Below are positions 17,228 through 27,610 of a stretch of 32,000 nt of DNA, piece after piece. Below the pieces are notes generated by a model that saw only the letters and a list, made by a program, of their open reading frames with translations, was not told the origin of the DNA and did not search any database. The DNA comes from Candidatus Paracaedimonas acanthamoebae (lineage in GTDB: Bacteria > Pseudomonadota > Alphaproteobacteria > Caedimonadales > Caedimonadaceae), in contig CP008936.1 of assembly GCA_000743035.1 (NCBI GenBank), positions 60,001 through 92,000 of the forward strand. Direction: 5' to 3'. The stretch's first letter is position 1. Every line of letters begins with the position of its first letter. A program made the translations under genes and the position numbers.

Positions 17228-17872
17228 TTAAGGCACATGACGTAAATCATTGACAAAAGGAGCAAGCCCGATCTGACGCTGACGTTTAAGTCGTTCTGCA
17301 ACCAAAATGGCTTGGATAGCTGCTACACTTTGTTCAAAGTCTTCATTAACGATCACATAATCATATTCAGCCCAATGGCTCATTTCATCAACAGCTTTGG
17401 CCATGCGATCGCTAACGACTTCTTCTGAGTCTTGAGCGCGGTTTCTTAAACGTTGTTCAAGAACTTCGCAAGAAGGAGGTAAGATGAAGATAGTCACCAT
17501 GTCACCTCGAGCTGTTCGGCTAAGAGCTTGGGTACCTTGCCAATCAATATCAAAGATGACGTCTTTTCCTTCAGATAAGGCTTTCTCAACAGGGGCACGA
17601 GGTGTTCCATAATCATTGTTAAAAACACGAGCGTGTTCGAGAAGAGCGCCTTCATCGCGCAATTTCTCAAACTCATGAGGGGCCACAAAAAAATAATCAC
17701 GACTATGAATTTCGCCAGGTCTTTGTTTTCGCGTTGTAATTGAGATTGAAAGCATCAGTTGTGAATCAGTTGCGAGTAATTTGCGAGCTAAAGAAGTTTT
17801 TCCCGCGCCTGAAGGAGACGAGAGAACGAGCATTAGGCCACGCCTTTCAATATCAATAAATTGTTTTTTCAT
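17228..17872 (-). CDS. gmk: Guanylate kinase
   Basis: P-loop SSPSGAGKTSL, TTRKQRPGEIHSRDYFFV, and IFDIDWQGT. Confidence 0.93.
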   Translation of the reverse strand: MKKQFIDIERRGLMLVLSSPSGAGKTSLARKLLATDSQLMLSISITTRKQRPGEIHSRDYFFVAPHEFEKLRDEGALLEHARVFNNDYGTPRAPVEKALSEGKDVIFDIDWQGTQALSRTARGDMVTIFILPPSCEVLEQRLRNRAQDSEEVVSDRMAKAVDEMSHWAEYDYVIVNEDFEQSVAAIQAILVAERLKRQRQIGLAPFVNDLRHVP

Positions 17873-17996
17873 AGCAAATTCCTATCATTCATTAATCTTA
17901 GCTGCAAGTGGAAGACGTAAAGTCATTAAAAGCTTTATAGAAATATATTGAAAATACAAAAGCTAAATTGTCGCTAAATAAGAGAAATAAAACTAT

Positions 17997-18026
17997 TTAG
18001 CAAAAAATAGTGCAATCTGCTATACT
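17997..18026 (+). promoter_or_regulatory. Candidate sigma70 promoter for the MFS/APA transporter pair
   Basis: TTAGCA (17997-18002), 18-nt spacer, TATACT (18021-18026). Leaves a ~130-nt leader containing a hairpin and short uORFs. Confidence 0.4.
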
Positions 18027-18162
18027 CCGTCATCAGCATTTTCCTCCAAACCTGGAGCAGAGAAAATGTGGGGCTAATAGGATTTTTTAGAGCGCATTTA
18101 TGATTTTGAAGGATAGTCATGACAAATGTTTTGTATGTCCTCGCTATGTTAAAGGAAAATAA

Positions 18163-19386
18163 ATGGATAAAAGATTTGATTGGCTAGTTCCTGCGATCTT
18201 GGTATTGGCAATCGCAGCAACTGAGATGGCTGTGGATATGTATATTCCTAGTTTGCCACTTCTTTCTCATTATTTTCATGCAGAGGAAGATGTTGTTGCC
18301 TTAACGCTTAGTGGTCATTTATTGGCTCTTTTCATTTCAGGGACAATTTACGGTCCTCTTTCAGATCGTTTGGGGCGCCGGCTTACGCTCATTTTAGGAA
18401 TGACAATTTTTGCTTTTGGAGCATTCTTAGGAGGAATGGCGCCTACAATAGAATTCCTTATTGGTGCTCGCTTTATTCAAGGATTAGGAGGGAGTGTCTC
18501 TTGGATTGTAGGTATTGCCATGGTAAAGGACCTTTACCAAGACGAGAAGTGCTCGCGTATTCTATCAACAATGTATATGGTTATTGCATTCGCCCCAGGA
18601 ATTGCTCCCATTATTGGCACTCAAGTAATTGCAGCTTCAGGTTGGCAAGCAACCTTTTTTGTTGTTGCAGCGCTTGCCCTTATTGTGACTTTTATTATAG
18701 CAATTGCGCTTAAAGAAACATTATTGCCAGAAAAGCGCATGAATCTTTCGCCTAAAACACTTTTTTTGAACTATTGTACAATTATTAGGAATCCGTTTTT
18801 TTCAGGATATGCAATGATTTCAGCTTTATTGTATGCAGGATGGTGGGGATATATTTCTGCTATTCCTTATATTTTTATAGATGTTTTAAAGGTTGAATTG
18901 ATTCATTTTGGCTACTATCAAATTGCCCTTGTTTTTGCCTTTATTATTGGATCAAATTTAAATCGCTTTTGTGTGACAAAATTTGGGATAAACCTTGTAT
19001 TAATTTATGGGCTCATTATTTGTACGATTGGAAGTGTGTTATTTTTAGTGTATGCGTTTATGGCCGAGTCTCACCCTCTTTATATAACGGCCTTAATGGG
19101 AATTTATTGTATTGGCATGGGGCTTGTGTTTGCGAATACAGCAACACGTGCTCTCGATGTTTTCCCGAATCTTAAAGGGGCAGCATCTGCAATGATGGGG
19201 GGCTTTGAATCTTTAGTTCCTGTCGCAACAGTATCTATTGTTAGTAATTTTTTTAATGATACGGTCTTGCCAGTCGCATTGGTGCAGCTTATTTGTACTG
19301 TAGTTTGTATTTTAATTATTTCAACTTTAGTGGTAAAAGAATCTTCTTTAAACACAATGCAAAACCATTTTAAGAAAGTGGCTTAA
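18163..19386 (+). CDS. MFS transporter, Bcr/CflA-like drug:H+ antiporter (DHA1)
   Basis: 407 aa with 12 predicted TM segments. MFS motif A GPLSDRLGRRLTLILG. N-terminal pattern (DMYIPSLP) typical of the Bcr/CflA subfamily. Confidence 0.85.
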   Translation: MDKRFDWLVPAILVLAIAATEMAVDMYIPSLPLLSHYFHAEEDVVALTLSGHLLALFISGTIYGPLSDRLGRRLTLILGMTIFAFGAFLGGMAPTIEFLIGARFIQGLGGSVSWIVGIAMVKDLYQDEKCSRILSTMYMVIAFAPGIAPIIGTQVIAASGWQATFFVVAALALIVTFIIAIALKETLLPEKRMNLSPKTLFLNYCTIIRNPFFSGYAMISALLYAGWWGYISAIPYIFIDVLKVELIHFGYYQIALVFAFIIGSNLNRFCVTKFGINLVLIYGLIICTIGSVLFLVYAFMAESHPLYITALMGIYCIGMGLVFANTATRALDVFPNLKGAASAMMGGFESLVPVATVSIVSNFFNDTVLPVALVQLICTVVCILIISTLVVKESSLNTMQNHFKKVA

Positions 19387-19407
19387 TCTCGCATAGGATC
19401 AAAACAT

Positions 19408-20721
19408 ATGACATTGACTCAAAAGCCCGCTTTCGGCATTTTTCGCTCTACAGCTCTTGTTGTTGGCAACATGGTGGGAACAAGTATTTTTTTGCTACCC
19501 TCTGTTCTTGCGTCTTATGGGTCGGTAAGTCTCTTGGGATGGTTTATTACATCAGTAGGGGCGATTTTCCTTGCTTTAACGTTTGCCAACCTAAGCCGCC
19601 GTTTTCCCCAAAGTGGAGGCCCCTATATTTATAGTCGCCGTGTTTTTGGTGATTTTGTGGGGTTTCAAATGGCTTGGACTTATTGGATTGCAAATTGGGT
19701 TAGTAATGCAGCTGTTGCTGTGGCTTTTGTTAATTTTCTAAGTTATTTTTGGCCTGCACTTATGACCAACCCGACCTATAGTTTCTTAATGTCTATAGGA
19801 ATTTTGTGGATATTAACAGCTGTAAATGCGCTCAGTCTGCGTCATGTGGGAAATATACAAGTACTGACAACAACTCTGAAACTTTTTCCCTTAATCGCAA
19901 TTATTATTTTTGGATTTTTCAAGGTTGATAGCGCTAATTTTTCACCTCTTTTGACGAATTCTAAAAATATGTTTTTTACGATCCAGCAAGCTGCCGCCTT
20001 GACCTTATTTAGTTTTATGGGCTTGGAATCAGCCACAATTCCAGCTGAGCAAGTTCAAAATCCTAAGAGAACAATCCCACGAGCGACGGTCTGGGGAACG
20101 CTTATTGCGGCTTTTATCTATATCTTGAGCAATTTTATTGTTTTTGGTGTTGTACCTTCTAGCGAAGTTGTCGGTGCATGCTCTCCTTTTTCTCAAGTTG
20201 GTGAAGTTTTGTTTGGATCTTGGGTAGGACCAATAATTGCCGCTGCAGCAACTTTTTCTTGTTTTGGAACTTTGAATGGCTGGATTCTTATCCAAGGTCA
20301 AATTCCAATGGCTGCTGCGCGGGATGGTTTATTTCCTGCTTCTTTTGCAAAGGTTTCTCAAAAGGGTATTCCTGTTTTTGGGCTTATCTTCTCAAGCCTT
20401 CTTATTACACTTCTTTTGGCCATGAATTATGAAGTTGGACTTGTTGAACAATTCAAATTTATTGTGAACTTAACAACGTTTGCTATTTTGTTACCTTATT
20501 TATACTCAAGCGCTGCAGAATTATTGCTTTTGTTGCAAGAAAATAAAAACAAAGAAAAAATACAATTTTCAAAAGCAATGCTTATTCCTATAATAGGGAT
20601 AATTTATGCTATGTGGACAATTACTGGCGCTGGTACGGAAGTTGTTTTTTTAGGCAGCCTCTTTTTATTTTCTAGTCTTCCCGTGTATGTCTGGATGAAA
20701 GCAAAACAAAACTCAAAGTAA
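19408..20721 (+). CDS. APC-superfamily basic amino acid/polyamine antiporter (AdiC/PotE/CadB-like)
   Basis: 437 aa. N-terminal alignment from memory to AdiC: [21 protein letters not shown]...[20 protein letters not shown]...[18 protein letters not shown]. Confidence 0.85.
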   Translation: MTLTQKPAFGIFRSTALVVGNMVGTSIFLLPSVLASYGSVSLLGWFITSVGAIFLALTFANLSRRFPQSGGPYIYSRRVFGDFVGFQMAWTYWIANWVSNAAVAVAFVNFLSYFWPALMTNPTYSFLMSIGILWILTAVNALSLRHVGNIQVLTTTLKLFPLIAIIIFGFFKVDSANFSPLLTNSKNMFFTIQQAAALTLFSFMGLESATIPAEQVQNPKRTIPRATVWGTLIAAFIYILSNFIVFGVVPSSEVVGACSPFSQVGEVLFGSWVGPIIAAAATFSCFGTLNGWILIQGQIPMAAARDGLFPASFAKVSQKGIPVFGLIFSSLLITLLLAMNYEVGLVEQFKFIVNLTTFAILLPYLYSSAAELLLLLQENKNKEKIQFSKAMLIPIIGIIYAMWTITGAGTEVVFLGSLFLFSSLPVYVWMKAKQNSK

Positions 20722-20758
20722 AGGTTTGTATCCAAACTCACCTCAGAAAGAATATTTA

Positions 20759-22102
20759 ATGAGTTTTATTCCTGAGCACCATGAAACTTTATTACCTGAG
20801 CCTCTTAGTGTAAGCGCGGTTGCTTATTCTATTAAAAATACGCTTGAGCAAGTCTTCAGTTTTGTCCGAATTAGAGGTGAAATTTCGGGTGCGAAACTTC
20901 ATACTTCGGGACATTTCTATTTTGCTTTAAAAGATGAACAGTCTGTTTTGGATGGTGTCTGTTGGAAAGGGGTTTATGGGCGCTTACCTTTTAAGCCTGT
21001 CGATGGCATGGAAGTTGTTTGTACAGGTCGTATTACAAGTTATCCTGCCAGATCAAAATATCAAATTGTTGTTGAAGCTATTGAAGTAGCGGGGGAAGGC
21101 GCTCTTTTAAAGGTCTTAGAAGAACGTCGACGTAAGCTTGCTGCTGAAGGTCTTTTTGCTGAAGGGCGAAAAAAGCCTTTACCACTTATTCCTCAAGTGA
21201 TTGGTGTGGTGACTTCATTAACCGGTGCTGTTATTAGAGATATTCTACATCGTCTCCAGGATCGTTTTCCGCGACATGTCATTGTATGGCCTGTTTTAGT
21301 CCAAGGAGAAGGAGCCGCAATACAGATTGCGGCAGCCATTAAAGGGTTTAATCGTTTAACCTTCGAGAGCACCGTTCCTAAGCCTGAGGTATTAATTATC
21401 GCGCGAGGCGGGGGAAGCCTTGAAGATCTTTGGTCTTTCAATGAAGAAATTGTTGTCCGTGCTGTTGCTGAAAGCCATATCCCTATCATCTCAGCTGTGG
21501 GCCATGAGACAGATACAACCTTAATTGATTTCGCTGCTGATTGGCGAGCCCCCACACCTACGGCTGCTGCAGAACGAGCAGTTCCTGTACGACGTGAGTT
21601 ATTAGACATTACTTTAAAGCTATCAGAACGTTTAAATCAAAGTTCTTTAAGATATATTGAGGGATCAACCCAGTATTTTGATGATTGGGGTGAACGCCTT
21701 TTAAATACAAAAACAATCTTTTTCACACAGATTAGGCAGCGCCTACAGACTTTAGCTGTTCAATTAAAACATCCTCGGATGCTATTGGCTCAATCTGAAA
21801 TAAACATTTATAACCTTACAAACAGGCTTAATTTGAGTACTAAGCAATATATTGAACAACGCCTACTTTCGTTTCAAAATATGTCTCAGTTACTTCAAAG
21901 TTATTCTTTTCATCGAACATTAGAGCGAGGTTTTTGCTTGGTTAGATCTTCAAAAGGAGAGATATTTAAAAAAGCAGCTGAGCTGCGCTCGCAACAGGTT
22001 GTCACGCTAACGTTTCAAGATGGTGATAAAATTGCGAAAATACAACCTGATTTAGGAAAAGGTTCAGCTTTGGGGCCAGATTCTCAAGGATCTCTTTTTT
22101 AG
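20759..22102 (+). CDS. xseA: Exodeoxyribonuclease VII large subunit
   Basis: OB-fold N-terminus [24 protein letters not shown] and catalytic core [16 protein letters not shown]...[18 protein letters not shown]...[12 protein letters not shown]. The ATG at 20759 is preferred over the TTG at 20726 given in the ORF track. Confidence 0.92.
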   Translation: MSFIPEHHETLLPEPLSVSAVAYSIKNTLEQVFSFVRIRGEISGAKLHTSGHFYFALKDEQSVLDGVCWKGVYGRLPFKPVDGMEVVCTGRITSYPARSKYQIVVEAIEVAGEGALLKVLEERRRKLAAEGLFAEGRKKPLPLIPQVIGVVTSLTGAVIRDILHRLQDRFPRHVIVWPVLVQGEGAAIQIAAAIKGFNRLTFESTVPKPEVLIIARGGGSLEDLWSFNEEIVVRAVAESHIPIISAVGHETDTTLIDFAADWRAPTPTAAAERAVPVRRELLDITLKLSERLNQSSLRYIEGSTQYFDDWGERLLNTKTIFFTQIRQRLQTLAVQLKHPRMLLAQSEINIYNLTNRLNLSTKQYIEQRLLSFQNMSQLLQSYSFHRTLERGFCLVRSSKGEIFKKAAELRSQQVVTLTFQDGDKIAKIQPDLGKGSALGPDSQGSLF

Positions 22103-22144
22103 CTACTCTCAAAATGATTTCAATGAAAAAGGATAAGATTATAC

Positions 22145-23047
22145 ATGACATTCATTATTAATTCTTCATCAGCACGACAAGCGTCAGACCTTATTATCGA
22201 TGGGACCCCAACTACTTTTATGGAAGAAGTAATTGAAAAATCTAAAAAAATCATTGTTCTTGTTGATTTTTGGGCAGAATGGTGTGGACCTTGCCTGCAA
22301 TTGATGCCTTTGCTTGAAAAAGCTGTTCTTGAAATGAGTGGTAAAGTGCAGCTTGTGAAGATTGATACTGAGCTTTATCCAGAGCTTGCTCAGCAGTGTC
22401 ATATTCAATCATTACCAACAGTGCTTGCATTCCGAGATGGACAGCCTATAGATGGGTTTTCGGGAGGTATAGGTCTCACACAGATCAAAAGCTTCATTGC
22501 TAAGCTTATAGGAACCCAACTTTCTCCTTTTGAAGAGTTACTTGATATGGCAGATCAAGCAAGGGAACAAGATGATTTTATTTCAGCTATTAGTTGCTAT
22601 GCGCGTATTCTTGAAAAAGAACCCAAAAACGTTCGGGCTTTGGTGGGTATTGCCAAAAGTTATTTAGCAACAGCCGCTCATGATAAAGCAAGAGTATACG
22701 CGGAAATGCTACCTTCTGAAGATATTTCGGAGACAGTCCAAACATTGAAAGCGACTTTAGCACTTTTTGAAAAAGGAAGCACATTAGAAGCAGTTAATAT
22801 TTTAAATGTAAAGCTTGACAAAGATCCCACAGACCAGCAAGTTCGACTTGATCTTGCCTTACAGTTTTTTGCGGCAGGAAAATTTGAACAGGCTTTAGAG
22901 CTATCTTTTCAAAGTTTGGAAATGGCTCCTCACTGGGCGAATGGAGCAGCGAAAAAGCAAATTTTAAAGATTTTGGAAGCATTGGGAAGTTCTGACCCCT
23001 TGACAAACCAGGCTCGTAAGAGATTATCATTATTATTATTTTCTTGA
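22145..23047 (+). CDS. Thioredoxin-domain plus TPR co-chaperone (YbbN/CnoX-like)
   Basis: Thioredoxin fold with intact WAEWCGPC, followed by a TPR-like helical C-terminus. Confidence 0.85.
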   Translation: MTFIINSSSARQASDLIIDGTPTTFMEEVIEKSKKIIVLVDFWAEWCGPCLQLMPLLEKAVLEMSGKVQLVKIDTELYPELAQQCHIQSLPTVLAFRDGQPIDGFSGGIGLTQIKSFIAKLIGTQLSPFEELLDMADQAREQDDFISAISCYARILEKEPKNVRALVGIAKSYLATAAHDKARVYAEMLPSEDISETVQTLKATLALFEKGSTLEAVNILNVKLDKDPTDQQVRLDLALQFFAAGKFEQALELSFQSLEMAPHWANGAAKKQILKILEALGSSDPLTNQARKRLSLLLFS

Positions 23048-23056
23048 GAGAGTATC

Positions 23057-23695
23057 ATGCAGTTTAATCTTTCCCACTTTCCAACAGAGCTTGCTATCTT
23101 AGATTTGCCAGGAATGATATTACTTCCTCGGGGACATTTACCTATTCATCTTACAGAAGAAAAATACAAACTTCTTATAGAGGAAGCATTGAAGTCTGGC
23201 CGCTATGTTGGTGTTGTTCAGACAGATAGCCGCGCAGAAGGAGAAAAACTTTTTCGCTCAGGATGTTTAGGAAAAATTACAACTTTTTCTGAAGGAGATG
23301 ATGGTGATTACTTCGTCATCTTGTCTGGGGTATGCCGTTTCAATTTGCTCGCTCCCCAAGAAACATCAAAACCATATTTTATTCACTCAGTTTCTTATGA
23401 AACTTTTTCTTTTGATGTCTACGAAGAAAGAGAGAATGAAATTGACCGTGAAAAGCTTTTAAATTTAGTAAAAGCTTATTTTTCATCCTCTGATTTAACG
23501 GCCAATTGGGATGAAATCAAAATGGCATCTAATGAACGTTTAATTAGCTCTTTAACATTATTATGTCCCTTTGATCCGCAAGAAAAACAAGCTCTTTTAG
23601 AGTCTCCTACTTTAACTGAGCGAACACAGATGATGACAGCTTTATTAGAAATTGCTTTTTTAAGGAATTCACAAGCTTCATGGTTTAAACATTAA
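23057..23695 (+). CDS. LON N-terminal substrate-binding domain protein
   Basis: LAILDLPGMILLPRGHLPIHLTEEKY matches the Lon N-domain start. 212 aa with no AAA or protease part. Confidence 0.75.
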   Translation: MQFNLSHFPTELAILDLPGMILLPRGHLPIHLTEEKYKLLIEEALKSGRYVGVVQTDSRAEGEKLFRSGCLGKITTFSEGDDGDYFVILSGVCRFNLLAPQETSKPYFIHSVSYETFSFDVYEERENEIDREKLLNLVKAYFSSSDLTANWDEIKMASNERLISSLTLLCPFDPQEKQALLESPTLTERTQMMTALLEIAFLRNSQASWFKH

Positions 23696-23712
23696 AGGAA
23701 TGAGAAATAGAA

Positions 23713-23904
23713 ATGAATAAAACACAACTTCCTATTGACCCAAAATTGCTTGAAATTTTAGTCTGTCCTCAAACAAAAACAGTTTTACGGTATGATGCAG
23801 AAACTCATGAATTAGTGAGTGATAAAGCAGGCTTAGCTTATCCTATTCGAGATGGAATGCCTATCTTATTGCTTGATGAGGCTCGTCGTCTTGGGGAATC
23901 TTAA
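23713..23904 (+). CDS. Trm112/YcaR (UPF0434) family small protein
   Basis: 63 aa: [14 protein letters not shown]...[18 protein letters not shown]. Confidence 0.75.
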   Translation: MNKTQLPIDPKLLEILVCPQTKTVLRYDAETHELVSDKAGLAYPIRDGMPILLLDEARRLGES

Positions 23905-24532
23905 TCCTAAACATGCAATGCTTAGCTAATAAGAAGAGGGGAAAAATGAGGGTTAAAAACCCTCCAAGATAGGAAAGCTTTGATGTAAAACTTATTTCAA
24001 CACTATTGATAATTAAAAGGGGGATATTTAAAGGAAGGCTTAATAGAGGTCCTAAATAAGAAGACGCTTTTCCTCCTAAAGAAATGATTGAGATAAATGC
24101 TGTCGTTGCGCATAAAAAAAGAGAACTTACAAGAAAACAGACGAGAACTGGGGCATATTTTTCCGGGACGATTCCAAATATAAATCCTATAATTATTAAG
24201 AACATGAGGAAAGGCCCGATGAGACGCATCCAACGGCCTAGAAATTTTGTAATAAGCATCCATTCAAAAGCAAAAGGAGACAAGCGTAATAAATCGATTG
24301 TTCCATCTTCATAATCATCTCGCAAAAAGCGAGCAAAGTTTAAATTAACAATAAATAGAAAAATAATCCAGAATAAGCTAAGACCGCTGGATGTCATCAG
24401 GAATGAAGGATCAAGACTGACAACTAGAAGACTAAAGCATGTTAATAAAAATGCCAACGGGTTCCAAACATTTTGGTCACTTTCGTAACCTTTTAATTCA
24501 AAATAAAATAAGATCAAAAGAACTTTTACCAT
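23861..24532 (-). CDS. ccmB: Heme exporter permease CcmB
   Basis: Six TM segments. [18 protein letters not shown] matches the conserved CcmB FxxDxxDGxL loop. Overlaps the ccmA stop. Confidence 0.82.
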   Translation of the reverse strand: MVKVLLILFYFELKGYESDQNVWNPLAFLLTCFSLLVVSLDPSFLMTSSGLSLFWIIFLFIVNLNFARFLRDDYEDGTIDLLRLSPFAFEWMLITKFLGRWMRLIGPFLMFLIIIGFIFGIVPEKYAPVLVCFLVSSLFLCATTAFISIISLGGKASSYLGPLLSLPLNIPLLIINSVEISFTSKLSYLGGFLTLIFPLFLLAKHCMFRIKIPQDDEPHQAIR

Positions 24533-25197
24533 CTGTCGTTTTCTCTTCTCGATAGAGCAGGCTTAAAGTGTTCTAAATAAAGTAATTGCCCTTCAATATG
24601 TTGCAAATCATAAGGAGAGGCCATAATAATCAACCCTTTCTGAGATAGGTGTAGAGTCATCGCTTCAGAAAGGTGCTTGGCTTGTTTTAAGTCAAGATGA
24701 GCAAAAGGCTCGTCTAAAATCCATAAAGGTGCTGATTTTAAAAACAGTTGGCAAAGGTTAAGAGATTGTCGTTGCCCCGCAGAAAGATAGCGTATAGGGG
24801 TATCCCATAAGTCCTGCAAACCAAATTGAGATAAGATTTTTTCTAATTCTGGCGTCACGCTCGAAAGAGATAATGAAGGAAGATTTCCTTTTAGAAGCTG
24901 CCAGAGATTAAGTTGCTCAAAAACTCTGAGGTTATTTTTAAGGGGAGGGACGACAGAGATAAAATTCATTTCAAGCGGTGTTGATAAAGTTTGAGGTTGA
25001 GATCCCCAAAGTAATTTCCCTTCTGAGGCAAAAGATAGACCCGCGATAATGCGAAGAAGCGTTGTTTTCCCTGAACCATTGGCTCCAATAATTTTAAGGA
25101 GTTCATTCGATTTTATTGAAAAACTCAAGCTTGAAAATAAGGGACACTTACTGAAAGAAGCCGAGAGGTTTTGAACATCGAGAGAATAATATGTCAT
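24526..25197 (-). CDS. ccmA: Heme ABC exporter ATP-binding protein CcmA
   Basis: Walker A GANGSGKTT, signature LSAGQRQSLNL, Walker B LWILDEPFAHLD. Located upstream of ccmB. Confidence 0.85.
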   Translation of the reverse strand: MTYYSLDVQNLSASFSKCPLFSSLSFSIKSNELLKIIGANGSGKTTLLRIIAGLSFASEGKLLWGSQPQTLSTPLEMNFISVVPPLKNNLRVFEQLNLWQLLKGNLPSLSLSSVTPELEKILSQFGLQDLWDTPIRYLSAGQRQSLNLCQLFLKSAPLWILDEPFAHLDLKQAKHLSEAMTLHLSQKGLIIMASPYDLQHIEGQLLYLEHFKPALSRRENDRW

Positions 25198-25617
25198 CTA
25201 TTCCAAGAAAAGTTTTTGAAGAGAGTGAATGATCATTGTATTTGCTGGTAGTATTTCATAGTGAAAAAGGTCTTGAAGAGGGACCCATTGAACTATTTGT
25301 CCTTCACACCCTTGAGGTTCCCCTTCCCATGTCTTGCATAAGAAGGTTGGCATTAAGAGATTGAAGTCTGAATAATCGTAGGATACGTCAATAATTTTGT
25401 GAAGAGCATTTGTATGGATATTTATTCCAAGTTCTTCATGCAGTTCTCGCACAAGAGCTTCGGTCGGTGTTTCTTGGAGATGTATTTTTCCTCCTGGAAA
25501 CTCCCAAAAACCAGCGAAAGGCTTTCCTTCTGGTCTTTTGGCAATTAAGTAGAGCTCATCTCTTTTTAAAACCCCTGCAACACAAAAGAGGCTATTGCGT
25601 TTAGAGTTCAAGGGCAA
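25198..25617 (-). CDS. mutT: NUDIX hydrolase, MutT-like (8-oxo-dGTP diphosphatase)
   Basis: Nudix box GGKIHLQETPTEALVRELHEELGI preceded by WEFPGG. Confidence 0.8.
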   Translation of the reverse strand: MPLNSKRNSLFCVAGVLKRDELYLIAKRPEGKPFAGFWEFPGGKIHLQETPTEALVRELHEELGINIHTNALHKIIDVSYDYSDFNLLMPTFLCKTWEGEPQGCEGQIVQWVPLQDLFHYEILPANTMIIHSLQKLFLE

Positions 25618-26335
25618 GACCCTGCCTTAAAATATCATCCACTTCGGGAATAATTTTTCCATTTTTCTCATGAAGAACTAAGCCTTGCGAAAGACGCGTT
25701 GGCCCCAAGACATTTTTACGTCCACGAATGATGATACGTTTAGCATCTTTTCCTAACATCGGCCATAATGGATAAACAATAATTTCTCCAAATTTCTGGT
25801 GCATAAACGCTAGAAGCGCATCCATTCGATCAACTGGATAGATAAAGCTTACGGATCCTTTGGGGCGAACCATAAGATAAGCGAAGTTAACCCAATCTGA
25901 GAGCGTCGCTTCGCTTTCAATATTTGAAAATCGTTTGTTGTCTATTTTTGAAGGGCTTGAGCTTTTTTCCACGAAATAAGGTGGATTAGCCATAATATGA
26001 TGAAATGAGCCTGCGGCAAGGCGCGGAGGAAGTCTTAAGAGATTTCCAATAATAATTTCACAGCGGTCTTGCATCTGATTCGCACGGATATTCTTTGCTG
26101 CAAGGCGCCCTAATTCTTGCTGCACTTCTAACCCAACAACTCGGATATCAGGCGCGCGATGAGCAAGGCATAATAATGCTGCTCCGACGCCAGTTCCTAC
26201 ATCCAAAACCGTTTCACCTGAATTGGTAGGAATTGAAGCGGCTAAAAAAATAGGGTCAATGGCAACGCGATAGCCTTCCTGAGGCTGTTCTAAAAGAATT
26301 TGGCCATTCAATAAAGTATCCATTGTCGTATTCAT
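25601..26335 (-). CDS. SAM-dependent N6-adenine methyltransferase (TrmN6/YfiC-like, tRNA1(Val) m6A37 family)
   Basis: SAM-binding motif VLDVGTGVGAALL and catalytic motif ANPPYF. 244 aa. Confidence 0.75.
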   Translation of the reverse strand: MNTTMDTLLNGQILLEQPQEGYRVAIDPIFLAASIPTNSGETVLDVGTGVGAALLCLAHRAPDIRVVGLEVQQELGRLAAKNIRANQMQDRCEIIIGNLLRLPPRLAAGSFHHIMANPPYFVEKSSSPSKIDNKRFSNIESEATLSDWVNFAYLMVRPKGSVSFIYPVDRMDALLAFMHQKFGEIIVYPLWPMLGKDAKRIIIRGRKNVLGPTRLSQGLVLHEKNGKIIPEVDDILRQGLALEL

Positions 26336-26449
26336 GACATTCCTGGTAAAGAAAATAGGGTTGTACTATAAAGTTCTGAGTCCGTAGCATAGTCATGTTA
26401 GCTAATTTTTTAAAGAGAGAAGATTAAGTTATTAAAAAGAGGGGCGTGA

Positions 26450-27472
26450 ATGACACAAGAAGATTTAAAGATTTTTAAAGAAGAATGTAGAAAATTAGCG
26501 AGTTTAGAGCCTTTAATGTCTCTTGTGAGAAATGATCTTGCCCAAGTCAACGAGATAATCTTGGAAAGACTTCAAAGTCCCGTCGTATTGATTCCAGAAA
26601 TTGCAGGTTATTTGATTAAAAGCGGAGGGAAGCGTTTAAGGCCGGTGCTCACATTAGCTTGCGCACAACTTTTTAAATATCAAGGGAAAAAGGCAGTTTC
26701 ATTAGCTGCATCTGTCGAATTTATTCATACAGCAACGCTTTTACATGATGACGTTGTGGATGATAGCATCCTACGTCGGGGACAAGCATCAGCTAATCAA
26801 TTATGGGGGAATCAAGCATCCGTACTTGTTGGGGACTTTTTATTTAGTCTTGCTTTTGAGCTCATGGTTGAGCAAGAGTCGCTTCCGGCATTAAAAGTGC
26901 TTTCTAAAGTTTCGGCCACAATTGCGCAAGGTGAAGTGTTACAGCTTTTACATATTAACGATCTCGCGATGACAGCTGAAAAATATCTTGAGATTGTCTA
27001 TGCTAAAACAGCAACCCTTTTTGCAGCCGCTGCACATATTGGGGCGATCATTGGGCAAGGATCTATTGAGGACGAGCAAAACTTAAAAGAGTTCGGTCAT
27101 AATTTGGGCATGGCTTTTCAGTTGATCGATGACATTTTAGACTATACAGCGGACGAAAAAACTTTAGGAAAAGCAGTGGGAGATGATTTTCGCGAAGGAA
27201 AAATTACGCTTCCAGTCATCTATAGTTATCAAGTAAGCGATCACAATGAAAAGGAATTTTGGCAAAGAGTGATGGTCGAGCTGACTCAAGAAGAAGGTGA
27301 TTTTGACCATGCTTATACTCTTTTGCAAAAGCACCAAGCGTTTGAGAAAACAATTTCCTTAGCAAGTGAATATATTCAAAAAGCAGAACAATCCCTTTTT
27401 TCTTTTTCCGTGAGTCCCATTCGTGAGGCTTTGCGCGAGACATGTGCTTTTGTGATGCAACGAAAAAATTAA
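26450..27472 (+). CDS. ispB: Polyprenyl (octaprenyl) diphosphate synthase
   Basis: First DDxxD motif LLHDDVVDDSILRRG and second motif FQLIDDILDY. Length 340 aa. Confidence 0.9.
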   Translation: MTQEDLKIFKEECRKLASLEPLMSLVRNDLAQVNEIILERLQSPVVLIPEIAGYLIKSGGKRLRPVLTLACAQLFKYQGKKAVSLAASVEFIHTATLLHDDVVDDSILRRGQASANQLWGNQASVLVGDFLFSLAFELMVEQESLPALKVLSKVSATIAQGEVLQLLHINDLAMTAEKYLEIVYAKTATLFAAAAHIGAIIGQGSIEDEQNLKEFGHNLGMAFQLIDDILDYTADEKTLGKAVGDDFREGKITLPVIYSYQVSDHNEKEFWQRVMVELTQEEGDFDHAYTLLQKHQAFEKTISLASEYIQKAEQSLFSFSVSPIREALRETCAFVMQRKN

Positions 27473-27610
27473 AGTGACAAAAGGAATACTCATAAAATTA
27501 CTTAAAGCATCCAGAGATGAGAGGATTAAAAGTATTATTTAAAGGCGTGAATAATCCATAACAACGTGCATGCGTATGAAGAGGCTTTTTCCGCTTGTTC
27601 CGACGTTAAG

